Source: Chiloscyllium plagiosum
Lineage: Eukaryota
NCBI RefSeq assembly: GCF_004010195.1
Contig: NC_057718.1
Coordinates: 101,156,629 to 101,220,628, forward strand
Reading direction: 5' to 3'
Length of the DNA stretch: 64,000 nt
In this document: piece after piece, positions 47,936-61,710 of the stretch
Layout: the number at the start of each line of letters is the position of its first letter
How positions within the stretch are numbered: the first letter of the stretch is position 1
Notes under the pieces: model-generated
What the model saw: only the letters and a program-made list of their open reading frames with translations
What the model was told of the DNA's origin: nothing
Databases searched by the model: none
Translations under genes and position numbers: made by a program

Positions 47936-49294
47936 ATTTATAGGTGGGAAAATGAAATTATGGACCAAAGGTAACGTCAGTGAATTTCTGACTTGTGTTT
48001 GTGCTGTTTTATTGGATTTATATTCAGGTACCAGACCCATTCTGCAAAACTGCAGATGTGTGATTTAGCATTGAGTAAACCCATAAAATAAGATTACCTG
48101 AGAGTTTCAGCTGCTGGAGGGGATCTTTCTGCATCTGTTTCTTTTTTTGACTCACATGTACTTGAGCTAATGGGAAGGGAGGGTTTGTACAAATGAGTTT
48201 GTATTTGTCAGGCACTGACCACAAATAGGCACTTTTGATAATAACAAACAGCACTGTTCTCTAAATTATCACAACCCTTTAAACTGTTCATTTTTCCTGG
48301 GTGAGTCAGTATTTAACTTTTCTCCCCCATATTAAATCCAACATATGAAGCAAAGTTATTACTCTTTTATTGTTATTCTCCCAGGCCAGAATTGATTTTA
48401 CCGTATAATTTTGTAAATTACACTTGAACATTCTGTGATTTGCTATTTTAGAAAGTGCCATTTGTCACTGAGTGACTTTGGGCCTGTGTGCCAAGGTTGG
48501 TTCAACTCGAGCAGCCCATTGATTCCTTAATCACTTTTAATTTTACCACTTTGGTGTGTCAATCAGGCACATAATGGCTGAGCCAGTTGCGAAAGGAGTG
48601 AGCTAAGATTGCACGGGAAAAGAAATCCGAGGCTGGAGTTTGGGTTTCTCCAGCAGTGAGTTTGAAGGTGGTTTTTGGGGGAGTGGTGGGTGCTGTTGAG
48701 TGATATGCAGGATTTAAAATCCAGTGAATATGACTTTCCCAAAAATATCTCACCCTCTCTGCTACTCCGCCTCGATTGGGCATATTGTGGCCCTTAAATA
48801 GCAAATTCATGACCTTCGGGCCTTATCCCACACTTGCTGGTATCTGCCTGTGGTGGCTAGAGGTCCGTGTCATTTGGGAAGCTCAACACCTTGGGTTACT
48901 CAGGCTGATGTTGGGTGGGTGAGGTAAACCTCTTTTGTAGTACCTCTTGGCCACCTCCATCTCCAAAATTCTACACCCCCTCCTTAATGCTTCCTCTGGC
49001 CTCTTGAACCTGGACCCTCTTAAGACTTGGACATATTCCTTTTGTTTGCAAAGAATGGGGCCCTTGGCGTGAACGTATTTTGCATATCAGAGCCACAATC
49101 ATTATTGTAAATTGGTTATTAGTATAACTGTTAGCACACTCTGGATTGTTCACCAAGTTCTGGAAAGTCATGAAATTTCATCTTCAAGCCCTGCACATTA
49201 TTTTTGATTGCACTGGTAGTTGGGAAGTTTCCATGAATTAAGCCCTTTGGCCTAATGACAAGACGCATCTAGAATCGAGCTTTTGGAGTAGATC

Positions 49295-49427
49295 TTCTAT
49301 AAGGTCACCCCTCAGCCTCCGACGGTCCAGGGAAAACAGCCCCAGCCTGTTCAGCCTCTCCCTATAGCTCAAATCCTCCAACCCTGGCAACATCCTTGTA
49401 AATCTTTTCTGAACCCTTTCACGTTTC
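49295..49427 (-). mobile_element. CR1 internal fragment
   Basis: [42 protein letters not shown]. Confidence 0.85.
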
Positions 49428-49854
49428 ACCTGGAGAAATGGGTCATTTTCAGCCAGGGTGAGGAGACTCACTCTTAACGCTTTCAATAAAAATTGGATTT
49501 GCAATTTCCCAACCGTTTTCACGTGAGAAATTTCCTTTCTGTTTCAATTAATCCACTGCTTGGTTGGATCGCAATGTGTTTGTTCGTGGAAAAACAAAAT
49601 GCTTTTGGTTTTGGAGACCTGAAATAAAAGCTGGGCAGGGTCTGTGCAGAGAGGAACAGTGTGCACCTTTGACCATACGGATGATCGGGAGTTGGGTCAC
49701 CAGGCAGAAATGTTGGACCACAGTTCAATGCGGGAGATTTTCATGGGTCAGCTGACCCCACAAGCTTTGAGATGTCAAGTGGAGCAGGATTCCCCATCCT
49801 GGCGGACCAGTTTGGACAAAGAAGGAGCCAGGAAATCCCCTCCATCTCTGTCAT

Positions 49855-50120
49855 AAACAGAAGTTGCTGGAAAAACTCAGCAGCATCTCTGAAGAGAAAT
49901 CAGATTTAACCTTCTGGGTCCACTGACCCTTCCTCATAACTGATGGTAGCCAGGGAAATGAATGGTTTTATATTGAGCATAGTGTGGGGGAGGGGTAAGG
50001 AGTAAATGATAAGTGGAGATCAACTCAAAGAGAGAGAAGAATAGTTGGACAGACAAAGGAGTGGATAATGGTCAGGCTAGGAGGGTGAATAGATATTAAT
50101 GGGGATTGTTAGTGGGTTAC
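49855..50120 (-). mobile_element. Penelope pLTR-like fragment, decayed hammerhead
   Basis: Minus ..TGAGGA-A-GGGTC-AGT-GGACCC..; AAGTTGCTGGAAAAACTCAGCAGCATC arm. Confidence 0.5.
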
Positions 50121-50261
50121 CTCTCCATCTCTACTTTATTTGCAATGCCACTTATTCACCACTTATTATTTCCTCCCTGTTCCTCTTGATTTCCTACCCG
50201 TATTTAATCTCCCTTTATTTGCCATGTGTTCTCATTGCTGAGCCTCATCACCCCATGTCAT

Positions 50262-50490
50262 CTCAGCGGGGAGTGAATCTGTGGAATTCTTTACCACAGA
50301 GGGCTGTCGAGGCTGGGTCCTTAAGTATATCCAAGGCTGAGAGAAACAGATTTTTAACCAAGAAGGGAATCGAGGGTTATGGCAAAAGGGCAAGAAAAAG
50401 GAGTTGAGGATTATCATTCCAGCCACAATCTCAATGATGGCAGAGCAGACTCAATGGACTGAATAGACTACTTCTATTTCTACGTGTTAT
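50262..50490 (+). mobile_element. CR1 3' end
   Basis: SQRGVNLWNSLPQRAVEAGSL. Confidence 0.8.
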
Positions 50491-51809
50491 GGTGCATGGA
50501 AATATTTTGTTTTTGTTTTCCCCTCTGAGTGCTCTGTGCATGGATTCCAAAGCCATGACCATTACTACGTGGGAACGACACTGCCTGCGAGTTTGTCACA
50601 TAGCGTTCTGACCTGGAACTGTGCTGTTCCTTCAGTGTTACTGGGTCAGAATTGTGGAGCTCCCTACCTAACCGCACTGTCGGTCTAGGACTGCAGTGGT
50701 ATCTGAAGGAAGCTCACCATCACCTTCTCTGGGGACAGGGAAAAGCCCTTCACCTGGACAGCTGCATCTGTGAATGAATGAAAATAATCAATTTATGTTT
50801 TTAAAAAAATTGGAAGGAAAATATCTCAAATTGATAACGTAGTAGTTTGAGCATAACAAATCTTTCCAAAGATTTGACAGCAGGAGATATTGCGCCTGAT
50901 TCTCAAATCGTCCTCGTTTTGGAACCATTTTGAAAGCTGAGATAATGATCCTGGAGGTCACTCTGATGTTTCTGGGACAGTTTGACATTTTCAAAGGGTC
51001 AGTGCGAAATGGAATACAGATCTCACATGCTGCCAGTTAATAGTGCATGGGAAGGTTGTTAGGGGCCCCACGCAGTGATGTCTTACCCTTTTTTACAGAA
51101 AACACTGGTTTACAGTAGTGTCCAGCTGCCTGCGTCTTCCAGGGATATTTCTTTTCATGGTTTGTAGAACTGGAACCCCGTGGACAAAATGTGCTAGGTC
51201 AATTGCTGTGCCTTCACATCACGTTCACGGCCACCCTCCCCCCATCTGAACTTTTTGGACTCAAAATGCTAACTCTGTTTCTCTCTCCTTCGATGCTGCC
51301 AGACTTGCTGAGCTTTTCTGTTTTTGTTTCCAACATCCAGTATTTTGCTTTAGTTTCTCCATCTCATGTTCTGCCGCTCCCTCTGAGTGGCTGCCTCCTC
51401 CTAGAGTAGTATAGAAACTGGCCCTTCGGCCCACCATGTCTAGGCTGACCAGCAAACACCAAGCTGCACGAATGCCATTTACGTAGCCCTGGCATTTTAA
51501 GTACTCATCCGGTTGTTTCTTCAATGTGAGAGTACATGCCTCTACCATCCTCTCAGGCAGCGCATTCCATATTTCTACCATTCTCTCGGTGAAAGAAATG
51601 TTTTTCACAGATCTCCTTTACACCACTCGCTCCTTGTCTGAAATATCGGCCCTCTGGTCTTAGACAAGTCTGCCATGGGGAAGAGATGCTCATGATTCTC
51701 AGCAAGGAAGTGGCAGCTCCCAACATGGCCACTGCCCACCTTTGCACTGACCTCGGGCAGGGAGCTCCCCACCTCCATGAGGCATTTGGCACCTCTGGTT
51801 GAGCACCAG

Positions 51810-52060
51810 TCTCATCCTCTGCCCGCTTGGACCATTTACGTACCAAATAAATGTCACGGTCAAGGAGCAGTGGCAAGGGGTAAACACCATCTGGGTTCCT
51901 GCCACTTCAATGCCCCACCCTGTCCCCGGCCAACATCCCTGTGTCAGGCTTGCTGCAATGCTCCAGCGAAGCAAGCTGGAAGAACAGCACCTCGTTTTCC
52001 TCTTGGGGACCCTGTAGCCTTCCCAACTCAATATTGAGTTCAACAATGTTAGGACCTGAG
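51810..52060 (+). mobile_element. Penelope ORF C-terminal remnant
   Basis: RSKLEEQHLVFLLGTL*PSQLNIEFNN, the same motif as at 61205-61710. Confidence 0.6.
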
Positions 52061-52112
52061 GCACCTCTTCTCATTGTCCTTACTCCAACCCCCACACACC
52101 AGGCCCTGTTAT

Positions 52113-52720
52113 CAATGTAAAAGCAACAGTGTGCTACTGAGACTTTATAAAGTTCTGGTTAGGCCCTATGTAGCATACTGTGTCCAGTTTTGGGCCCCAC
52201 ACCTCAGGAAGGACATAGTGGCACTGGAGCCTGTCCAGCGGAGGTTCACATGGATGATCCCTGGAATGGTAGACCTAACATACGATAATGGCTGAGGATC
52301 CTGGGATTGTCTTCATTAGAGTTTAGAAGGTTGAGGGAGATCTAATGGGAACTTTCAAGATACTGCATGGCTTAGAAAGGGCGGGCGCTGGGAATTTGTT
52401 TCCGTTAGGCAGGGATACTAGGACCCGTGGGCACAGCCTTAGAATTAGTGGGGGTCAATATTAAACGGAAATGAGGAGACATTTCTTCAGCCAGAGAGTG
52501 GTGGGCCTGTGAAATTCATTGCCACAGAGTACAGTGGAGGCTGGGTCGTTAAATGTCTTCAGGGCAGAGATTGATAAATTCTTAATCTCGCAAGGAATTA
52601 AGGGCTACGGGAGAGTGCGGGTAAGTGACATTGAAATGCCCATCAGCCATGATTGAATGGTGGAGTGGACTCGATGGGCTGGATGGCCTTACTTCCACTC
52701 CCAAGTCTTATGGTCTTATC
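52113..52720 (+). mobile_element. CR1 3' end
   Basis: VLLRLYKVLVRPYVAYCVQFWAPHLRKD; tail TCTTATGGTCTTAT. Confidence 0.9.
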
Positions 52721-53264
52721 GTCTAATGCTCATGAACTGCAATGTTAACGCACTCTGAGACAATGGTGTAACATTATTTTGAGATGCGTTGGCTTGAGCT
52801 TTGCATCTGAAGACATCTTAAATTTAATGGAAGCATTTTATTTCCAAATGTTTGCACACATTGTAGTGTGGTGTTGAGTGATTGATGCTGGTATTTTTTA
52901 ATCTGTCCTGCTTGCTGGTGTTTACAACATTCTAAAAACAACATACAAGCTGCAGATTTATGCAGAGTTTTAACTCATTTGCTTTTCCTCAGCAGCTGTC
53001 ACAGTGGAACGGCAAATTTCTGTTCTGTTCTGTTCTGTTCTGTTCTGCTCTCGTTGAAATTGTTTGTGTAATTGATTCTGCTGAACTGTGAGCCCCGTCA
53101 CAGAGTGGAGATCGGCAGGACTGAGCCTTCATTGGAGTTGGAAAGGGATATGTCAACGATGCAGAGGGCCCAGTCGCTGCCTCCTGCTTCTATCTTTCTG
53201 CGATGCTAGTTGTTGGCTCATGTGTCAGATTTTTAATTTGGTTGTGAAATGTGTGAGCCAGCTG

Positions 53265-53690
53265 TCTGGGCCCAGCTTTTATTGCCCATCTCTAATAGCC
53301 CAGAGGGCAATTAAGAGACAACCACATTGCTGAGGGACTGGAGTCACATGTAGGCTCGATTGGGTAAGGATGGCCGATTCGGTCCCCAAAGAAATATTTG
53401 TGAACTAGATAGGTTTTGATAACAATTCAATAGAAGGGTTTTTTTTAAAAGAAAAGAAAATCTCTTGTACTTCTCCGCAGGATATTTGTGAACCAGATGG
53501 ACTTTTACGACATTTAACAATAATTACACCACCACCATTAAGCAATCTTTTTAAAGCCAGAGTTTTATTTTTAAGTTGAAATCAAATGTCACCATCTGCT
53601 GTGGTGGGATTTGTACTCCTGTCCCCAGGCCATGAGTCTAAGGCTCTGGATCATTAGTGTCGCAGTACTGCCACTACACCACTGCCTTTC
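53265..53690 (-). mobile_element. SINE family B variant
   Basis: GGCCCAGCTTTTATTGCCCATCTCTAATAGCCCAGAGGGCAATTAAGAG...CCACTACACCAC. Confidence 0.7.
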
Positions 53691-53786
53691 CAGCTTGCTA
53701 AGGTGATGATTGTTGATATTTTCAAATTAATGTATTCTGAGATGGTATGGCTCACCTCTGGAGCACGTGAGGCTACCTGGTTCAGA

Positions 53787-53963
53787 TCAGAAGTTAGGGC
53801 ACCAGGTTATAGTCCAACAGCTTTATCTGAAATAACAAGCTTTGGGTAAACCTGAGGAAAGGTCAGCGCTCTGAAAGCTTGTGATTTCAAACAAACCTGT
53901 TGGACTATAACCTGGTGTGGTGTGTCTTCTGACCCCAGTCCAACACCGGGCACCTCCACATCA
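53787..53963. mobile_element. family B palindrome, decayed
   Basis: CACCAGGTTATAGTCCAACAG / CTGTTGGACTATAACCTGGTG arms. Confidence 0.75.
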
Positions 53964-54837
53964 TAGCTCAGAGGTAGGAATAACAGAATTTCACGAAGAC
54001 CTGAACATTGGGACACCTGAAAATGGGAATAGCACATTTCATTTTCCATCTAAAACATTTGCACTGATCCTTTACAACTGAATTGGAGAGTTCAGTTATT
54101 CAGTGTTTAAATGCAAGTTTAATGAATCTAAAGAGCGACATCAAAAGCACTCCAGCATCGCTTGGTCTGAAACGATGAAAGCACAGAACATTAAACATAG
54201 TGACAGAATGCTGAAACAATATGGAAGTTAATCACAGTATCAGGTCATTGGTGACTGCACAATCACATACACAGTAAAAATTACATTTCTTTCAAACAAC
54301 GATTTGAATTGCATAACGCACAGATGATATATGAGTACATTAGTGGTGCTGGAAATTGTTTTCCAATCCATGCAAGTTTGTTGCTTTGAAATAATTGTGT
54401 TTTTATTAATGCACGGGATGGGAGCATTGCTGGCTAGGCCTGCCCTTATAATTGGCCTCGAGAAGGCGATGATGTTCCACCACCTTGAACACAACAGAGT
54501 TGGTGGCAGAGCCATTGCAGAGGATGTGAAGAGTGGGCCTGGAGTCACATGGAGGCCAGAGCAGGTAAGAATGCCCGATTTCCATCTCTGAATGCCATTA
54601 CTGGACCAAATGGCCTTTTAGTTGAAAGAAAAACTCATCATAGTCCAGCTCTCTCAATGGAGTCAACTGTTGGAGGTTGAACCTGGGGGGTCAGTTTGAG
54701 AAGATGGGACTTTTCTGGTAACCTCAGTCGGTGCAGAGAAGACTTGTTGGCTTTACTCTGCATCCCAAATCAGCCATCTAGTCAACTGAGCTAACCAAAT
54801 GGGTTTTACAGCAACCTGGTGGCAGTCATATCTACAC

Positions 54838-55451
54838 TGTTATGGCCCAGACCAAACCTCCTCAAAATAGTTTAAGACATTGGCCTAGACCCTAACTATT
54901 TTTCCTAATTTTAAAGGCAAATGTAAAATGTTATGTTCCAGATACAGTTCGACTGGTCAATCACAATTTACTCAAGCACGATAGTCAAAGTGCAGCAAAA
55001 AAAAGCGGAACTTGGAGTGACTTAACTCTATGAGAAAACTAAACAGAATAATAGATACAGTAATTATTACTGATTAACTGTTCCAATATAGTAACATCCC
55101 ATAAACACACCCCTTGGCAAAAAGGCAAATTCAGAATTCAGATTTTCTCACATGCAACACCCACAGTAGGAGGGAAAACGCCAGCTTCTAGCTGTAATCA
55201 AGATAAGGGAAAACATGGCTTATACTTCGTCTAGACTCCAGCAGTCTCTGCTGAACTTAAAAGCTAAAAATAATTGAAAATCCTATTCTGTGACAGCTGA
55301 CCACACCCATCCAGGCTGCTTCTACTGTTCCAAATTTTTAAAAAACCCCACAGCCTCACAAACTATGTACATCACCACAGACTGCTCACAACTTTTGTTC
55401 TCTTAAAATAAACCAAGACAAAATGCATCTCTTAAAGCCACAGCATTGTCA
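54838..55451. mobile_element. probable solo LTR
   Basis: TGTTAT...TGTCA termini; ~610 bp block interrupting a SINE-like sequence; no clear TSD. Confidence 0.45.
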
Positions 55452-55867
55452 ATATTTATGAGTATATTTTCATTCTAGATTTTATTTAATGAGCTGAATT
55501 TAACTTCCCATGATGGGATTTGCTCCCATGATCTTCGGAGCACTAACCTGGGTTTTGAGTTATTAATCCAGTAAAAGACGCAGTATCCCATTCACAGGTC
55601 TTTACTGGCTCCATCACTGAATGTCCACTCAAATTAAGAAAGGATGTCTTTGTGCATACGCATTGTATTGCTTGGGAAGAAAATAGGATTGTGTTCTTGC
55701 AATTTTACTTCCAAGCAAGAATTGGGCAGTTATCTAAAGAGAAAAGTATTACAGAACTCTGGGGAGAAAGGGGTGGGAGGAGCAGGACAAAGTCAGTTGG
55801 TCTTGCAGAGAGCTGAATGGACTCAACGGGGTTTCTCTGTGCTGTAGCAACTTAGCTCTGTGTGTAG

Positions 55868-56780
55868 TTCATAGAGTCATAGAGTCATATAACATGGAAA
55901 CAGACTCTGTGGTCCAACCAGTCCATGCTGACCACAATCCCAAACTAAACTAGTCCCACCTGCTGGCTCCCGGCCCATATCCCTCCAAACCTTTCCTATT
56001 CATGTACTTATCCAAATGTCTTTTAAACATTATAATTGTACCCACGTCCACCATTTTCTCAGAATGTTCACTCCATATTCGAGCAAACCTCTGTGCAATA
56101 AATTCGCCCTCATGTCTTTTTTAAATCTTTCTCCTCTCACGGCTCCCGGCCCATATCCCTCCAAACCTTTCCTATTCATGTACTTATCCAAATGTCTTTT
56201 AAACATTATAATTGTACCCACATCCACCATTTTCTCAGAATGTTCACTCCATATTCGAGCAATCCTCTGTGCAATAAATTTGCCCTCATGTCTTTTTTAA
56301 ATCTTTCTCCTCTCACCTTAAAAATGTGCCCCCTAATAGTATTGTGATATGACATTGTTGTACTATCTCTATCTTTTTGTATTTTGGTATTTTTTTAATA
56401 TATAGTTGTTTTGTAAAATATTTGAAAAAGATTTAAATAAAAACATGTGTATAAAAAATAATGTGGAGAGAAGACAACTGCTACTAACTCTATCTATACC
56501 CCTCATTATTTCATAAACTTCCATCCAGTCACCTCTCAACCTTCTACGCTCCAGTCCAGCCTACCCAACCTTCCTTTATAACTCAAAGTCAAAAATCACA
56601 CAACACCAGGTTATAGTCCAACAGCTTTCGAAGCACTAGCTTTTGGAGCACTGCCCCTTCATCAGGTGGTTGTATAGTCTATGGAGAATTTATAACTCAA
56701 ACCCTCCATTCCCAGCAACATGCTGGTAAATCTCTTCTGAACTCTCTCTAGCTTAATAATATCCTTCCTATAACAGGTTC
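55868..56780 (-). mobile_element. CR1/HER1 3' end with 176-bp tandem duplication and family B arm at 56588-56688
   Basis: (ATAGAGTC)2 tail; TSD TTTATAACTCAAA at 56575 and 56689. Confidence 0.88.
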
Positions 56781-57225
56781 ATGTTCTCGCCTGACTGCGA
56801 ACCTTATTGTCCAGGCCAGTACAATTCCTGGATTAGCAGCATGAGTCCTGCTTGGGCTACCAAAGGTCACACATTTTCTGTTAATGTAGTCCCCGAGGTG
56901 TTGTTTGCTGTCTGATGATAGCCAGCCTGCTGTGTTCATGGAACACTATTTTATAACCATTTACTGAAGGTGTGATTTGCAGCGATTACAACGCATTGTC
57001 AGCACAGCTGATCAAAGGCGTGATCAAACAGATTCATTCAGGGAACAACTTAAAGGAAGAAGGAGAATTGGACCGACGTACAGAGGGTGTTCCAGAGCTC
57101 AGGATCCAGGCAGTTGATGGCATGGCTACCAGTAATGGAGTGGTTAAAGCCAGAGATGGTCAAGAGGCTAGAATTGGAGATGTGTAAATATCTCGGAAGG
57201 TGGCAAGGCTGAAGGAGGTTACAGG

Positions 57226-57428
57226 GCGAAAGTTGGGACTGGAGATCAGAGTCAGGATTAGAGTGGTGCTGGAAAAGCACGGCAGGTCAGGCAGCATCCG
57301 AGGAGCAGGAAAATCGACGTTTCGGGCAGGATTCCTGATGAAAGGCGTTTGCCTGAAACGTCGATTTTCCTGCTCCTCGGATGCTGCCTGACCTGTTGTG
57401 CTTTTCCAGCATCACTCTAATCTTGACT
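57226..57428. mobile_element. family A' palindrome inside L2 remnant; hammerhead at 57331-57366
   Basis: TSD CTGAAG(G/A)AG(G/A)TTACAGG (57209, 57429); CTGATGA-A-AGGC-GTTT-GCCT-GAAA-CGTC. Confidence 0.82.
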
Positions 57429-57779
57429 CTGAAGAAGATTACAGGATAGGGCGGGTGAAACCATGGAGGGATTTGAAAACTGTGAGATAGTGTTTAGCCT
57501 GGTACCAGTCTGAGCTGTGAATACACCAGTGATCAGTAAATGGGAGTTTGGGACTTGAGCTCAAGCTTACAAAAGGGTAGTACATGGGAGTGAGTTTGGA
57601 TAGTCAAATCTAGAGGAAGTGGCGGACTGAGTAAGGATCCTGCCAAACACGAGGCGGAGCAGGAATGAAATTGGACAGTGTTGTTACAGGAAATAAACTG
57701 GAGGTGGAAATAGGTTGTCTTAGAAGTTGATGGTCCACATGTCTGTTTAAATCTCCTTTTGGGATCAAATAAGACACCT

Positions 57780-58075
57780 TGGCATCACTGACAAGTCCAG
57801 CATTTATAACTCATCCCTAATGACCCAGAGGGCAGTTAAGAGTCAACCACATTGCTGTGGGCCTAGAGTCACTTGTAAGCCAGACCAGGAAAGGCTGGCA
57901 GTTCCCTTCCCTCATGATTATAATTTCGTCATTAGACTCTTAATTCCAGACTTTTTAAATTGAATTCCAGTTCCACCATGTGCCTTGGCATGATTTCAAC
58001 CCAGGTTCCCAGAACATTACCTGGGTCTCCGGATTAACAGTCCAGCAATAATACCACTAGGTCATCGCCTCTCCA
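57780..58075 (-). mobile_element. SINE family B
   Basis: CAGAGGGCAGTTAAGAGTCAACCACATTGCTGTGG...TAATACCACTAGGTCA. Confidence 0.8.
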
Positions 58076-59505
58076 ATGGACGCAAAGTCTAATTCAGCCT
58101 CAGTTATTTGCTAGGGAGTCACCCAAAGGATGGCATCTCTGACAGAGCAATACCCCTCCAGTGCCCCACTGCAAATGGGAACTGGATCCACAACCTTTGA
58201 ATGCAGCCCCTTCAATGACACCACGGAAGTACATCATTGCTGCCAATGATGCTGCAGCCTTGTGTGTGCAGCCAGTGAGTATAGAGTAAAGAGCTGATGA
58301 CCGTTGATTGGAATGAGGTTGTTTCATGGCCTGGCAGGAATTCAGACAGGAAAGGAAATATGGGAAGAATTAGTGATGGGATAATTTGCATCTTAATGAA
58401 GCCCGATTTTATTGTTCAAGTTATCTTTCCTGAGTAAATCTCCATTTCTGAATGCAACAGACAAACATTACTGCAGCCAACACAACAGAACTTTGCCATT
58501 CACAGGAAAGATTAATGAAGCGTTCTGTTTTGCTGAATTTCTACAGTGTCTTATCTGTTGGCTGATTCCATGATGGCAGAATTGACAGCAGCTGGATTTC
58601 CACTGCGATTCTCTTCAACTTTGTTGCGTGAGATCAGCCAGGCTTTATCACTGCCCTTGTTTCTTTCTGCTTACCTTACTTTGAGTGCACACGTATGCGC
58701 TTTTCATTGGTTTTTGGATGATCTCCCAGCTTTCAATCTTCCAGTCAGCAGGCTTCTGATGCTAGGGAGTTTAAAAGGATCCTTAAGTACTTGCAAATTA
58801 TTGTTATGTAACTAAGATTCCCTTACAATCTCGAATGTAGCAGTAACGAGTAAAACTGCATTGACAGGAAAAGATAAAATTGGGAGAAAAGTTGCTCATT
58901 AAAATGCTATCTGAATTTTGAATTAGTGCATCTTGCTCCATTAGGCCATTGAAAAGCAGAAAATGCAACTGCCAACTAAAAAGTAAAATTACTCCTGCCA
59001 AAAATATTTTGAAGTGTTATAAAGCACCGTGTAACCTTATCTTTTCCATGTTGTAGAAACTCTTCAGATGGTGCTTAAAATATGGAATATATTTTCATTT
59101 TATTGTGATTACTTGAGAATCTTAATGTTTGGGTAAATGAGCTGTCATCCTTTGTGATTTAAGTAGCAGATTTGCATTTCTTTCGATTGTCTCAGAACAT
59201 AGTGATTTATTTTAATGCATACCACAAGCAATTCTAGTTGAAGATTTCCCCATTAAAAATTCCACACTTGTGCAACTGACACAGTTCCAAAAAACATCAT
59301 CAGGAAGGCAGTTGGACACAGTGTTCAAAATGTGACCAATTGAGTTGTGATATTCTTAGGAAGGCCAGTATAACTTGGCGGTGTATGGGTGGGTTATGGA
59401 TAGTGCCTTGCACCGAAGATATTGAAGATATTCAATTGTTACTACTCATTCCAGTGTGTACATTTTCCAAGAAGATGCTGCAGTAAAGTTGTCAACAGAA
59501 TTACA

Positions 59506-59664
59506 AAGTTAAAAATCACACAACATCAGATTATAGTCCAACAGGTTTATTTGGAAGCACTAGCTTTCGGAGCGCTGCTCCTTCACCAGGTGGTTGGGGA
59601 CTATAACCTGGTGTTGTGTGATTTTTAATTCTGTCCATCCCAGTCCAACACTGACACCTTCACA
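59506..59664. mobile_element. family B palindrome with partial deletion
   Basis: TSD CAACAGAA(T/C)TACA at 59493 and 59665. Confidence 0.8.
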
Positions 59665-60261
59665 CAACAGAACTACAGTTCAACAAGATGGTCTAATGTG
59701 GGACCAAGGAAAGAGGACAATTTAAAAGGTATACACTGATTCAGTAAAGAATTCTGGGTAATCCAAGATGGAGGACTGGAAAAATTGTGGCTGGAAGAGC
59801 TGTTCCTTTTTGAGGCATTTTCTGTTTTGTAAGCTGCTGCATTGCTTTGGAACTTGGGGAAAAAATTGTTTTTCCATGTGTATTAACTATTCACACTCTG
59901 CTCCTACCTTCCAATTTTCACCTCTCCTCTCATGGTACTAGGTCCTTGCCCAAGACTGCCCCATCCAAATATCTTAATTAGTAGCTAGCAAGCCTCTCAA
60001 CTTTAAGGCAGGAGGAAAGTTTCATTTTGATTCTGGCAATGGGCCTGGACTTGTAACGAGAAACAGTGAAAAGTTGCCCCTCATTTGGGACCCATGGGTG
60101 CCTGAAGTGAGTACATACGTTGAAATATTTAAGCAATCTGTCATGACACATCGCTGGAGCTGGTGGGATAGGAACCTGTGCCACTTGGCTCAGAAGTAGG
60201 GACACCAGCACTTGCTTCACAAGAGCCCTCGGAGTGCACTGTATGTGTTGCCTTACTCACA

Positions 60262-60765
60262 CATAGAGTCATAGAGATGTACAACACGGAAACAGACACC
60301 TTGAGTCAACTCATCCATGCCGACCAGATATCCTAAATTAAACTAGTCCCATTTGCCAGCAGTTTTCTCATGTCCCTCTAAACTCGTCCTATCCATATAC
60401 CCATCCAGATGCCTTTTAAATGTTGCAATTGTACCAGCCTCCACAACATCCTCTGGCAGGTCATTCCATACACGCACCATCCTCTGCATGAAAAAGTTGC
60501 TCCTCACAACCCTTTTAAATTTTTCCTCTCTCACCCTAAACCTATGCCCTCTAGTCCTGGACTTCCCACCTCGGGGAAAAGACATTGACTATTTATCCTA
60601 TCCATGCCCCTCATGATTTTATAAACCTTTATAAGGTCACCCCTCAGCCTCCGATGCTCCAGGGAAAACAGCCCCAGCCTGTTCAATCTCTCCCTATAGC
60701 TCAAACTCTCCTACCCTGGCAACATCCATGTAAATCTTTTCTGAATCTTTTCAAGGTTCACAACC
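60262..60765 (-). mobile_element. CR1/HER1 3' end
   Basis: SRTRGHRFRVREEKFKR...WNDLPEDVVEAG. Confidence 0.9.
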
Positions 60766-61204
60766 CTTGAGTGTAAGATCTGTACTCAATTGTTTGCCTT
60801 GCATTGATGAAGAACACTGGCACTTATCTATGTGACTGCTATCACCAGAACAGTGGAGATTGTCAATGTGTGAATTAGGAACCAGAGGAGGCCATTTAAC
60901 CTCTTGAGTCGACCCCACTGTCCAACAAGATCATGGCTGATCTGACTCCGGACTCAAGTCCATAGTCCCACCTGTCCACAATAACCTTTGACTCCTTTGT
61001 TCGTCAGCAATTCATCTACCCACACCTTAAAAATATTTAAAACCTCTGCCTCCATTGCTCTCGAGAAATTCTGCTTTCACATCGATATCCAAAAGATGGC
61101 ATCTTCAACCGTGCTGCACTCCTTCAGTGTTGAACTGAAGTATCAGTCTGGTTGAACGTTTCTCATGTCTCTGGAGTAGGACTCAACCCCCTGAGCTCAG
61201 GCTG

Positions 61205-61710
61205 CCTCAGCCAGGCCTGCAGGAGCCAACCTGACCTCCAGTCACCTCCCATGTTAATTCCCCTTCCCACTCCCTCTGACATGACCATCCTTGGCCTCCT
61301 CCATCGCCGCAAAGAATCAAACTGCAAACTGGAGGAACACCTCATCTTCTGCTTGAGCAGCCTACAGCCCAGATGACTCAACATTGAGTTCTCTTATTTC
61401 AAATAACATCCCCCCCTCCGATTCCCTTCGCAGCCCCGCTCCCTCCCTTCCACTCCTCCCAGCCACCTACAGGATTCATTCCTCCCATTAACCAACCAGG
61501 TTGTACCCTCTACCTGTCTTCACCTATCCCCACTTCACCACCCTGCCCCCACTCCACCCCCTTTATCTGCAGCTCACCTTTCACCCAACCCAGTCATGAA
61601 GTTACACCCAAAACGTTGACTTCTTCGCCTCCTGATGCTGCCTGGCTTGCTGTGTTCTTCCAGCCTCCTGCTTGCCCTCCTTGGATTCCGGCATCTGCAG
61701 TTTTTTTTTG
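61205..61710 (+). mobile_element. Penelope-like 3' fragment (ORF C-terminus plus pLTR) inserted in a DeuSINE head
   Basis: SDMTILGLLHRRKESNCKLEEHLIFCLSSLQPR*LNIEF; pLTR ..AAAACGTTGAC..GATGCTGCCTGG..GCATCTGCAG. Confidence 0.7.
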
